A stretch of DNA of 64,000 nt, taken from the NCBI GenBank assembly GCA_964585305.1, contig CAZPDM010000005.1, positions 36 to 64,035 on the forward strand, in the 5' to 3' direction. Positions 44,984-52,834 of the stretch are shown in pieces. Both the position numbers and the translations under genes were made by a program. Every line of letters starts with the position of its first letter. The first letter of the stretch is position 1. The notes under the pieces are model-generated. The model made no database searches, was not told the origin of the DNA, and saw nothing but the letters and a program-made list of their open reading frames with translations. Source of the DNA: an uncultured Planctomycetota bacterium (GTDB lineage: Bacteria; Planctomycetota; Uabimicrobiia; Uabimicrobiales; JABWCH01).

Positions 44984-47110
44984 ATGCATGTATCTAATTG
45001 GCTACTATGTTTTTGTATTATACTATTTCACTATATATTATATGCCCAGGACAATACTTCCCCACAAACTAGCTTATCAAATCAGGCAATAAACAAGCAA
45101 AATAAAATTATTTTTCAAGGCAATCACCATCATACCTCACAACAATTAGAAAAAGTTATTGCCGAACCTTGGAAAAAATATCTTGAACAAACACAACTTG
45201 CTTATATAGATGATGCAGCTTATTCTATCTTACGATATTATCGGCAAAACGGATTTTCTTTTGCGGAAGTAGATTATGAAATCAATTCTGATTCAATTCT
45301 ATTTAACATCCATGAAGGAAAAGCTATTTATGTTAACAAGATTGAATTTATAGGAAAACTTCCTCAAGAAAATCAAGAAATCAATCTTTCTTTTTCTGAT
45401 GAACAACTTCGCAAATTTTTAACAAAGCCAGCTTTTTTAGATAAGCACTTGTTTAATCGCCAACAAATAGAAAGCGATATTTCAGCTCTACGCGATTTTT
45501 ATTTAAGCAAAGGATATTTAGAATATTCTCACAAAATTGAATATATTTGGGATGTTCCACCTCCTGAAAGTCAATCTGTTATTATAAATGTTTATATTCA
45601 AGAAGGTCCACAATGTTATATTGCAGAAATAAAATTTGTAGGAAATGAGAATATTTCTGAAGAAATTTTAAAAAAAGAGCTGGGATTTGATAAACCCATT
45701 ATTTATACGCCCGGAATGCCTAATCAAATTGCAAACCAAATAAAAGACTATTATCACCAACAAGGATATGCTCAAGTTGTTATACAAACAGAAATAGAAC
45801 AAAGTACTTCATTACCAAAATCTCGTCAACAAAATCATTGCATTATTTTCTCTATACAAGAAGGAAGTATTTATAAAATAAGGCAAATAAGTATCCAAGG
45901 ACAATTACGCGCAGAACCAGATATCATCCGACGACAATTAGATTTTTATGAAGGAGATGTTTATACTATTTCCAACATCCGCAGTAGTTTGCAAAATCTA
46001 CATGAAACAGGGTTATTTACTTGGGCAGAAGTAAAAGAAACAATTCTTCCTCCGGAAGAAATGGATTTGGCCGTTGTCGTTGAAGAACGCAACGCCCGAC
46101 TTTTAACACTTCATGTAGGATATGCCACAAGCTATGGACCAACTGCAGGTGCAGAATTTGAACATATTAACGCTTTTGGAAGAGGCTGGAAATTTTCTTC
46201 GGCTATTGAAACCACTCTTTTTGCAGGAGAATTAGATAAATCTAGCATTACTATTCAATTAACAGAGCCTTATTTCTTAGGAAGTCGAACTTGGTCTTTT
46301 TCAGTAAAAGCATTCGTTCTATATGAAGTTACTCCAAGTTATACATCATTTGATCAGGGATTAAGCTTTATTTTTGAAAAAAAATTTAGTAAAGTATTAA
46401 CTGGACAATTTAGCTATAATTTATTATGGAGTAGGATATTAGATGTTCAAGAAGAAATTTCAGATACAAAAGTAGGAACAACTTTTTTTGCAACTACTGC
46501 TGAAAAAATAACTCTCAATCTCAGGGATAATAATAGCTATCCGACTTCTGGAAGTTATCATTTTATTGAAATGGAACAAAGTTTAACAGCTTTAGCCGCA
46601 GAAATAGATTATTTTAAAATTTATGGACATAGTGCCTGGTATTTTCGAATTACTGGGCAATGTGTATTTAGTATAGCAGCACGGGGAGGCGTCATTGTTC
46701 CCTTTGGAAACAGCAATAGCATTCCCATTCAACGTCGCTATTTTAGCGGTGGAATCCAAACAATACGTAGTTTTAAAGAACGCCAATTACCCCCTTGGGA
46801 TTATAAAAATAATCCTTTAGGAGGAGAAGGAATTTTTTTATTTTCTTCTGAATTGCGCATTCCAATTTATGGAAATTTAGGAATATCTCTGTTTGGAGAT
46901 ATGGGGCAATTGATCTCAGAAATTCGTAGTATTAAAGACTACAGGATCAATCATCTTAAATATGCAATAGGTTTGGGAATTTGGTATAATACTCCAGTTG
47001 GCCCTATTCGAGGGGATATTGGGTTTAATCCAGATCGCGAAATCAATCCTTATTCCGGAACAAAAGAAGATTTATTTGCTTGGTTTATTTCAATAGGATT
47101 TAGCTTTTAA
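44984..47110 (+). CDS. bamA: Omp85/BamA-family outer-membrane protein (POTRA repeats + surface-antigen barrel)
   Basis: POTRA-like repeats (INKIEFIGK..., IAEIKFVGNENISEE, IRQISIQGQLR). Barrel motifs: RRYFSGGIQTIRSF, GGEG, LFGDMG. The protein ends ISIGFSF. Confidence 0.75.
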   Translation: MHVSNWLLCFCIILFHYILYAQDNTSPQTSLSNQAINKQNKIIFQGNHHHTSQQLEKVIAEPWKKYLEQTQLAYIDDAAYSILRYYRQNGFSFAEVDYEINSDSILFNIHEGKAIYVNKIEFIGKLPQENQEINLSFSDEQLRKFLTKPAFLDKHLFNRQQIESDISALRDFYLSKGYLEYSHKIEYIWDVPPPESQSVIINVYIQEGPQCYIAEIKFVGNENISEEILKKELGFDKPIIYTPGMPNQIANQIKDYYHQQGYAQVVIQTEIEQSTSLPKSRQQNHCIIFSIQEGSIYKIRQISIQGQLRAEPDIIRRQLDFYEGDVYTISNIRSSLQNLHETGLFTWAEVKETILPPEEMDLAVVVEERNARLLTLHVGYATSYGPTAGAEFEHINAFGRGWKFSSAIETTLFAGELDKSSITIQLTEPYFLGSRTWSFSVKAFVLYEVTPSYTSFDQGLSFIFEKKFSKVLTGQFSYNLLWSRILDVQEEISDTKVGTTFFATTAEKITLNLRDNNSYPTSGSYHFIEMEQSLTALAAEIDYFKIYGHSAWYFRITGQCVFSIAARGGVIVPFGNSNSIPIQRRYFSGGIQTIRSFKERQLPPWDYKNNPLGGEGIFLFSSELRIPIYGNLGISLFGDMGQLISEIRSIKDYRINHLKYAIGLGIWYNTPVGPIRGDIGFNPDREINPYSGTKEDLFAWFISIGFSF

Positions 47111-47378
47111 TCTTCATTCAATAGACTACAATTATTTGGTAATACATAAGTTATCAATATATAAAACAAAACTTCTCTTTTTTTTACTTGCCAAAATAAA
47201 TAAATTATTTATAATTAACAAAATACGTTCTTTGTGCTAAAAAAAATATTAAGAAAATAAGCTACTCGTGCTAAAGAACACAACTGTCGCGGTTTGGAAC
47301 TGCTTTTAAATAATTAAATCTCTAAATCGCAAAAACTATTTTCGTTTCCTAAAATTCCATCTATTCTAGGAAAATTTT

Positions 47379-47990
47379 ATGGATAAACAAAAATTAGGCC
47401 AAGAATTATTAAAAACTAAAAAATTGACCAAAGAACAATGGCAGATGGTTCTTACTTTGCATGACAAAATTGGTGGTGATTTTGCACCTCTTTTAGTAAA
47501 GCTGGGATATGTTTCAGATATTGATATTACTGAAATCATAGGCAGATTAGAAGGGGTGGAAACAATAGATATTAGCACTATTGTTATACCTAAAAAATTG
47601 ATGAACCAAATCCCACGTGATGTTATTGAAAAACACGGTGTTATTCCTATTTCTAGACGTGAAAATCAAATTACACTAGCAATGTCAAATATTAACGAAT
47701 ATGACGCGATCGAAGAAATTCAATTTTTAACAGGTTGCAAAGTAGAACCCGTATTAGCATCACGTGAAGGAATACGGAAAGCTATTTTTCAATTTTTCTC
47801 TGAAGAGCAAAAGGAAGAAGAACCTACAACTCCATCTAAAGATGCGACATCTTTAGAAAAACTCATAGAACAAGATAATCTTGCATTTCAAAAAGCATTA
47901 GTTCAACTACTTATTCAAAAAAATATTTTTTCTCAAGACGAGCTGCTTGCAAAATTAGGAAAATCAACTACTAAAGAGGAAAAAAAATAA
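47379..47990 (+). CDS. Stand-alone T2SS-E N-terminal (GSPII_E_N/MshEN-like) domain protein
   Basis: KLGQELLKTKKLTKEQWQMVL...LGYVSD and IPRDVIEKHGVIPISRRENQITLAMSNINEYDAIEEIQFLTGCKVEPVLASREGIRKAI. Confidence 0.6.
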   Translation: MDKQKLGQELLKTKKLTKEQWQMVLTLHDKIGGDFAPLLVKLGYVSDIDITEIIGRLEGVETIDISTIVIPKKLMNQIPRDVIEKHGVIPISRRENQITLAMSNINEYDAIEEIQFLTGCKVEPVLASREGIRKAIFQFFSEEQKEEEPTTPSKDATSLEKLIEQDNLAFQKALVQLLIQKNIFSQDELLAKLGKSTTKEEKK

Positions 47991-48072
47991 GGTCTTTATC
48001 AGTTTTAACTGAGCAACTCATCCATCCCCGAAGTGAATAACTTTGGGGTTTTATCAATGCGAGGTGCTTTTT

Positions 48073-49425
48073 ATGGAAATTATTGTTAAAAAGGACATCT
48101 TTGATGAACTCCAAGCTAAGGGAGTTTGTCGTTCTAAAGAAGAATCTGAAAAATTTTTAAATATAGTAATTACAGAAATCGCAAAAAATATTGAAACAAA
48201 CAAAATCAAATTAGCAGGATTTGGTACATTCTTTTGCACACAGAAAAAAGATGCTGAATTACTAGACAATTCTATTATCTTTGATAAAATAACACAAAAT
48301 TTAGCAGATATGAATCGTGAGCGAAGTACTCAGGCCTGGGAAGTTCTTATAAATTATATAAAAAATATGATAGTTAAGGGATATGAAGTTCAAATTATGG
48401 ACTTTACCTCTTTCAGGATTGAAGAACGAAAAGCTCGGCTTGGAAGATCTCCCAAAACAGGCCATCGAGTTATTACTTCTAACAAAAAATTATTAAAATT
48501 TGATCCTGATAAAAAATTTTTAGAACTATGCAAAATACCAATTGAATTCGAACCTGAAGCAGAGGTACAAAAGCAGATAGAAAAATCTCGTTCCGGAAAT
48601 ATTGTTTTACTTGTACCAACTCGAGACTTTTTTATTAAAACTGTAGAATATCATTTTGAAAAAGCTGGCTGGAAAATCAATACTTGCCACAATGTTGAAG
48701 ATGCTCAAAAGTTTTTACGTACTGCAAAACCACAATTGCTTATTATCGATGTTCTAGTCGATAAACATCAAGAGATATGTGAGTTTATAAAATGCAATCG
48801 TGAAACAAACTTAATTCCTTTGGTTTTATTATATCCCAAAGATATGGATATTAAAAAAACAGACAATTTTCGTGTATGTGGGGATGAACATATTATCCAA
48901 CCTTTTGAAATCAAACAGTTAGTACATATTATTGAAAGTTTACTGTGGCGAATTTCAGAAGAAAGTACTATTTTAAAACACGAAGTTGTTTTTCAATTTC
49001 CTACAACAGATGAAAACATTGAACGAGCTAGTGAATTATGTGGAAAATTATTTGCCCTGTCCGGCCTTTCAGAAGAAGAACAAATTACCTTTAATGCAGC
49101 ATTTCGTGAAGCCTTAGCTAATGCTGCCCAACATGGAAACAAACATCGTCGTGATAGAATGTTGGAAGTACTCTATTTATTAGACAGAGAAAAAATAACT
49201 GCATCTATAGCTGATAGCGGAACTGGTTTTGATTGGCAAAATTATATCAAAACTAACCAAGCTAATGACGCTGTAGGTCGAGCTAGACAAAGTCAAAAAG
49301 AAGGTCGTATGGGTGGTTTGGGAATTATGTTAATGAGTCGTTGTGTAGATAAAATCGAATATAACGAAATTGGAAATATCGTTACTCTTAGCAAAATAGT
49401 CAAACCTGCTGTAAAAGCTCAATAA
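48073..49425 (+). CDS. Fusion protein: HU/IHF-like DNA-binding module(s) + atypical receiver-like domain + RsbW/SpoIIAB-type HATPase (anti-sigma Ser kinase) domain
   Basis: ATG 48073 has GAGGTG upstream; the ORF-track start at 48043 is a TTG. HU-like: KIKLAGFGTFF and ...RKARLGRSPKTGHRVITSNKKLLKFDP. REC-like: VLLVPTRD...LLIIDVLVD...QPF. HATPase: EALANAAQHGNK...IADSGTGFDW...GGLGIMLM. Confidence 0.65.
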   Translation: MEIIVKKDIFDELQAKGVCRSKEESEKFLNIVITEIAKNIETNKIKLAGFGTFFCTQKKDAELLDNSIIFDKITQNLADMNRERSTQAWEVLINYIKNMIVKGYEVQIMDFTSFRIEERKARLGRSPKTGHRVITSNKKLLKFDPDKKFLELCKIPIEFEPEAEVQKQIEKSRSGNIVLLVPTRDFFIKTVEYHFEKAGWKINTCHNVEDAQKFLRTAKPQLLIIDVLVDKHQEICEFIKCNRETNLIPLVLLYPKDMDIKKTDNFRVCGDEHIIQPFEIKQLVHIIESLLWRISEESTILKHEVVFQFPTTDENIERASELCGKLFALSGLSEEEQITFNAAFREALANAAQHGNKHRRDRMLEVLYLLDREKITASIADSGTGFDWQNYIKTNQANDAVGRARQSQKEGRMGGLGIMLMSRCVDKIEYNEIGNIVTLSKIVKPAVKAQ

Positions 49426-49458
49426 TTTCAATAAGAAAGTGACCAAGAAAGGTGAGTT

Positions 49459-49860
49459 ATGGCTCTTGATTATCAAAAGTATGTTGATGGATTAAGCAGT
49501 TCTGATCCACAAACTTTGCTTGATAGCGCACTTTGGTTTGTTAATACTTCTGACCGCCAATATTATGTTCGCGCTTCAGAAATACTTTGTAAAGCTGCTT
49601 CCTGTGATCCTGAATGTATAAAATACATAGCGCAAAAAACAGAACAAGATCCTATATTTCTCACTCAACTCTGTGTTCAAGTACTACAAGAAAGCAAAGA
49701 TGAAGAAGTAAAACAAACTACTATTGCTTTAATAGAATGGATAATTGATACACTAAAGAATATAAAAAATGAAAGCACTGAAATTATTGCCCAAGTATAT
49801 AGTAGCCTTCAAGAAACAGGAAATCCTAGCATTTTAGCTAAATCAAAAGAGTTGTTATAA
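49459..49860 (+). CDS. Hypothetical helical protein
   Basis: Clean 133-aa ORF, 33 nt after the upstream gene, with GAAAGGTGAG upstream. No motif recognised. Confidence 0.5.
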   Translation: MALDYQKYVDGLSSSDPQTLLDSALWFVNTSDRQYYVRASEILCKAASCDPECIKYIAQKTEQDPIFLTQLCVQVLQESKDEEVKQTTIALIEWIIDTLKNIKNESTEIIAQVYSSLQETGNPSILAKSKELL

Positions 49861-49934
49861 TTTTTGCTTCCACTAGGCGATAACTTATTTAATGCTTATC
49901 GCCTAATCTAAAATATTTCACAAAGGAGTTGTTC

Positions 49935-51233
49935 ATGGGAAAAAAACTTTGTTTATGTTTAATTTTAGTTTTTGCGATTGTATTAGTCCAGGCTCAACAA
50001 TATGAATTTGTCTTTCAAAAAATTATAGTTGCCACCAAAAAATCCAATGGCAAGCCTTGGGATGCTATGAATGGAAAGCCAGATATTAAAATTAAGATAT
50101 TTGAAAACAATAGCAGCAAAGTTATCTTTGAAAGCAAAAAATGGGAAAATTGTATTGAGAAGAAAGAGACTATTGCAACTAAAATCATAGTCGATAAATT
50201 TAGCCAACTAAAAATTGAAGTAGTAGATGTTGATGTTAGCAGTGACGATCCAATTGGTAAATATGTTATATCTTTCAATAAAGAAGGCGATTTACAGGAT
50301 TCTGTAGTTAAAACATTGCAATTCGGGCAAGTAACATATTTTGAATACATGCTGAAAATGAAAGAAGAAGATAAAATCAAAAAAATACAAGAAGAATCTG
50401 AACAGCATGAAAAAGAAATACAACAACATGAAGAACAAGTAAAACAACATGAAGAAGAATTAAAATATACCGAAACAAAACTTGCAATCCAACAAGCAGA
50501 ACTTCAGGAAAAAGAAATAGAGCTTAATCAAAAAGCTGCTGAATTAGAAGCTATGGCAGAAAAATATGCAGAACAACAAATTTATTTTTCTCAAAAAGAA
50601 CAAGAATTAAAAGAGCTTTCTGAAAAACTTTTAGAACGCGAACAACAACTCATTGTTAGAGAAGAATCTTTAGAATTAAAAGAAAAAGAATTCCAAGAAA
50701 AATTCGATGCCTTACAAACCGAACAAAATAAAAATATTACCCCACCTGAAAATAATAACGAAAATACTCCCACCGAAAAGACATCTGAGGACAATACTGT
50801 AGAAGAAACCACCACCGAAAATACACCGGAGGAAAATACTACTGTAGAAGAAACCACCACCGAAAATACACCGGAGGAAAATACTACTGTAGAAGAAGAT
50901 CCTTTTGAAAATAATGTTGAAGAAAATCCTACTGAAAATACAACCGAAGAAAATACTGTAGAAGATTCTTTTGAAAATACCAATCCAACTGAAGAAACCA
51001 ATGATTGGAATGATGAATATTCACCAGCCAATCCTTCTGATGAGAAGGAAGGCTGGGAAGATAATAACGAATCTTCTACTCATCAAGGCGAACTTAAAAC
51101 TATGGTAAAACAAGCCATAGAAAAAGAAGTTGCCAATTTTCGTAGAGAATTATATTCTGAATTAGAAAGAGATCCAGATATTAGAAATTTCTTATCTAAA
51201 TATCGAGAACTTATTGGTTGTGAAAACGAATAA
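49935..51233 (+). CDS. Secreted protein: C2-like N-terminal domain + E/Q/K coiled coil + acidic T/E/N-rich repeats
   Basis: ATG 49935 has AAGGAG upstream. Signal peptide MGKKLCLCLILVFAIVLVQAQ. C2-like pattern: KPWDAMNGKPDIKIKIF...LKIEVVDVDVSSDDPIGKYVISF. About 110 aa are heptad-like and E/K/Q-rich. Confidence 0.6.
   Translation: MGKKLCLCLILVFAIVLVQAQQYEFVFQKIIVATKKSNGKPWDAMNGKPDIKIKIFENNSSKVIFESKKWENCIEKKETIATKIIVDKFSQLKIEVVDVDVSSDDPIGKYVISFNKEGDLQDSVVKTLQFGQVTYFEYMLKMKEEDKIKKIQEESEQHEKEIQQHEEQVKQHEEELKYTETKLAIQQAELQEKEIELNQKAAELEAMAEKYAEQQIYFSQKEQELKELSEKLLEREQQLIVREESLELKEKEFQEKFDALQTEQNKNITPPENNNENTPTEKTSEDNTVEETTTENTPEENTTVEETTTENTPEENTTVEEDPFENNVEENPTENTTEENTVEDSFENTNPTEETNDWNDEYSPANPSDEKEGWEDNNESSTHQGELKTMVKQAIEKEVANFRRELYSELERDPDIRNFLSKYRELIGCENE
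50805..50894 (+). repeat. Perfect 45-bp in-frame tandem duplication (2 copies)
   Basis: gaaaccaccaccgaaaatacaccggaggaaaatactactgtagaa occurs twice in tandem, encoding ETTTENTPEENTTVE x2 within the acidic region. Confidence 0.85.
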
Positions 51234-51234
51234 T

Positions 51235-51402
51235 CTATGGAATTGTTTGATCTTCTGCTGGCATGGCTAAGACAACTTGTTCGCTTGGTTGGGGAACAAT
51301 AATTAAAACTTTGCAATTTGGGCAACGAACTTTTTGTCCTGACATCTTATCTGGCAAAGAATATGTCCTTCCACCACAAGAACACATAAAATGTACTGTC
51401 AT
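51235..51402 (-). CDS. Zinc-ribbon microprotein (paralog of 2486..2632)
   Basis: MTVHFMCSCGGRTYSLPDKMSGQKVRCPNCKVLIIVPQP... has CxC...CxxC. GGGAGA lies 7 nt upstream of ATG 51402; the ORF track extends the ORF to 51417. Confidence 0.6.
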   Translation of the reverse strand: MTVHFMCSCGGRTYSLPDKMSGQKVRCPNCKVLIIVPQPSEQVVLAMPAEDQTIP

Positions 51403-51454
51403 ATTCAAATCTCCCATATATTTTTGATTATAAAATCAAACAAATAACACTTCT

Positions 51455-51487
51455 TAAGCTGGTTAAAAAAAACCAGCTTATTTTTTT
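51455..51487 (+). terminator. Plus-strand intrinsic terminator
   Basis: TAAGCTGGTT-aaaaaa-AACCAGCTTA followed by T7. It has no T-run in the minus orientation. Confidence 0.65.
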
Positions 51488-51721
51488 AGTACAGCCAAAT
51501 AGAATTTTTTCTATATAGTTAATTTTAACAAATTTTTATATAAAATGGAATTTTTTACTTGCTTTTTTTTGAATTATTAGTAAAATAATTTTTAGCGAAA
51601 TTTTTGATGGAAAAATTCACGCATAAAAAATTTAATTTTTGGTCTTAGTTCTTACCTAACTGAAAAAAAATCAGCGCGGAAGAAATTATGGCCCACTTTA
51701 AAAAAAACAAAGGATAACGTC

Positions 51722-52372
51722 ATGATTTCTGGTATATTAGGAAAAAAACTTGGCATGTTACAAGTTTTCCAAGAAAGCAAATGCTTACCTGTAACAATTA
51801 TTAGTGTTCCTCCTTGCCTAATTATGCAAGTAAAAACTGAAAAAACTGATGGATATAACGCACTCCAATTAGGAACAGAAAATAAGGTTATCAGGAAAGA
51901 TAACACAATTAAAGGTACAACAAAAGCTGAAATTGGTCACGCCAAAAAACATGCCAATACTACACCTAAGAAATTTGTCCGCGAAGTCGAATGGGATGGC
52001 AAAGATGAAGTTGCCCCCGGCAAAGAAATTACTCTATCAATCTTTGAAAAAGCCAAATTTGTAGATATTATTGGAACAAGTAAAGGTAGAGGCTTTTCTG
52101 GCGTTATGAAACGACATGGATTCAGCGGCGGTAAAGTAACTCATGGTCAATCTGACCGTACACGCGCCCCTGGTTCTATCGGTGCTTCTGCAGGTCCTGC
52201 CCGCGTTATGAAAGGCAAACGTATGGCTGGTCAATTCGGTAATCATCGAAGCACTGTTCGCAATCTAAAAATTATCAGTATTGATTTAGTAGATAATACA
52301 ATCGCTGTTAATGGCCCAGTACCCGGCCCCAATAATGGATATGTCATTATTACCCGCAGCGTCCGAGGCTAA
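51722..52372 (+). CDS. rplC: 50S ribosomal protein L3
   Basis: GILGKKLGMLQVF...PVTII, GTSKGRGFSGVMKRHGF, THGQSDRTRAPGSIGA, MAGQFGN. Confidence 0.9.
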   Translation: MISGILGKKLGMLQVFQESKCLPVTIISVPPCLIMQVKTEKTDGYNALQLGTENKVIRKDNTIKGTTKAEIGHAKKHANTTPKKFVREVEWDGKDEVAPGKEITLSIFEKAKFVDIIGTSKGRGFSGVMKRHGFSGGKVTHGQSDRTRAPGSIGASAGPARVMKGKRMAGQFGNHRSTVRNLKIISIDLVDNTIAVNGPVPGPNNGYVIITRSVRG

Positions 52373-52390
52373 TCAATAATCAGTCAAATC

Positions 52391-52439
52391 AAAAAATGCG
52401 AATATTCTTATGGAATTGAGAATATTCGCATTTTTTTTG
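52391..52439. terminator. Bidirectional intrinsic terminator after rplC
   Basis: A6-TGCGAATATTCT-tatggaattg-AGAATATTCGCA-T8. Confidence 0.8.
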
Positions 52440-52445
52440 TAGCAT

Positions 52446-52736
52446 TTAATATTGAATTACATCCTCTAATAAACTGATAGAAATAATATCTTTTCGTGTT
52501 ATTTTTGTTTGCTTTCTATTAGGCTTAACACCATATTTTGCAGATTCAATGATATATACATCTTTGGGAATTGTTGTAGTACGATGATCGTGAACATCAA
52601 CATCTTGAAGAGTATAAAATTCTTCATCTTCTGCAATAAAATTGCCCAAAAAAATATACTCTCCTTTACTATCCATGATTACAGATTTCCCCAAATATTC
52701 TTGGAGGCTCATAAAATTTCCTTTAATTTTAGACAT
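52446..52736 (-). CDS. Small Sm-like (LSm-fold) protein candidate
   Basis: LQEYLGKSVIMDSKGEYIFLGNFIAEDEEFYTLQDV fits an Sm1-like pattern. ITRKDIISISL fits Sm2-like. Confidence 0.4.
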   Translation of the reverse strand: MSKIKGNFMSLQEYLGKSVIMDSKGEYIFLGNFIAEDEEFYTLQDVDVHDHRTTTIPKDVYIIESAKYGVKPNRKQTKITRKDIISISLLEDVIQY

Positions 52737-52834
52737 CTTCTTGCGAAATTGAAAAAAATAAGTATAATAATTTTTTTTAGTATATATTTTAGCAATCTTG
52801 GATTAAAAATCCAAACTTTTTTTGGGATGTAAGT

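Noticed and set aside
50591-51325. Minus-strand ORFs 50591..51031 (Ser/Val/Phe-rich, 146 aa) and 51083..51325.
   Set aside because: They are the antisense reading of the acidic GAA/ACC-rich repeat region of the secreted coiled-coil protein, so the ORFs are a compositional artefact.
51559-51586. Sigma70-like promoter for rplC (TTGCTT, 16-nt spacer, TAAAAT).
   Set aside because: Such matches arise by chance at high frequency in AT-rich intergenic DNA. There is no supporting evidence, and the sigma-factor consensus of this organism is unknown.
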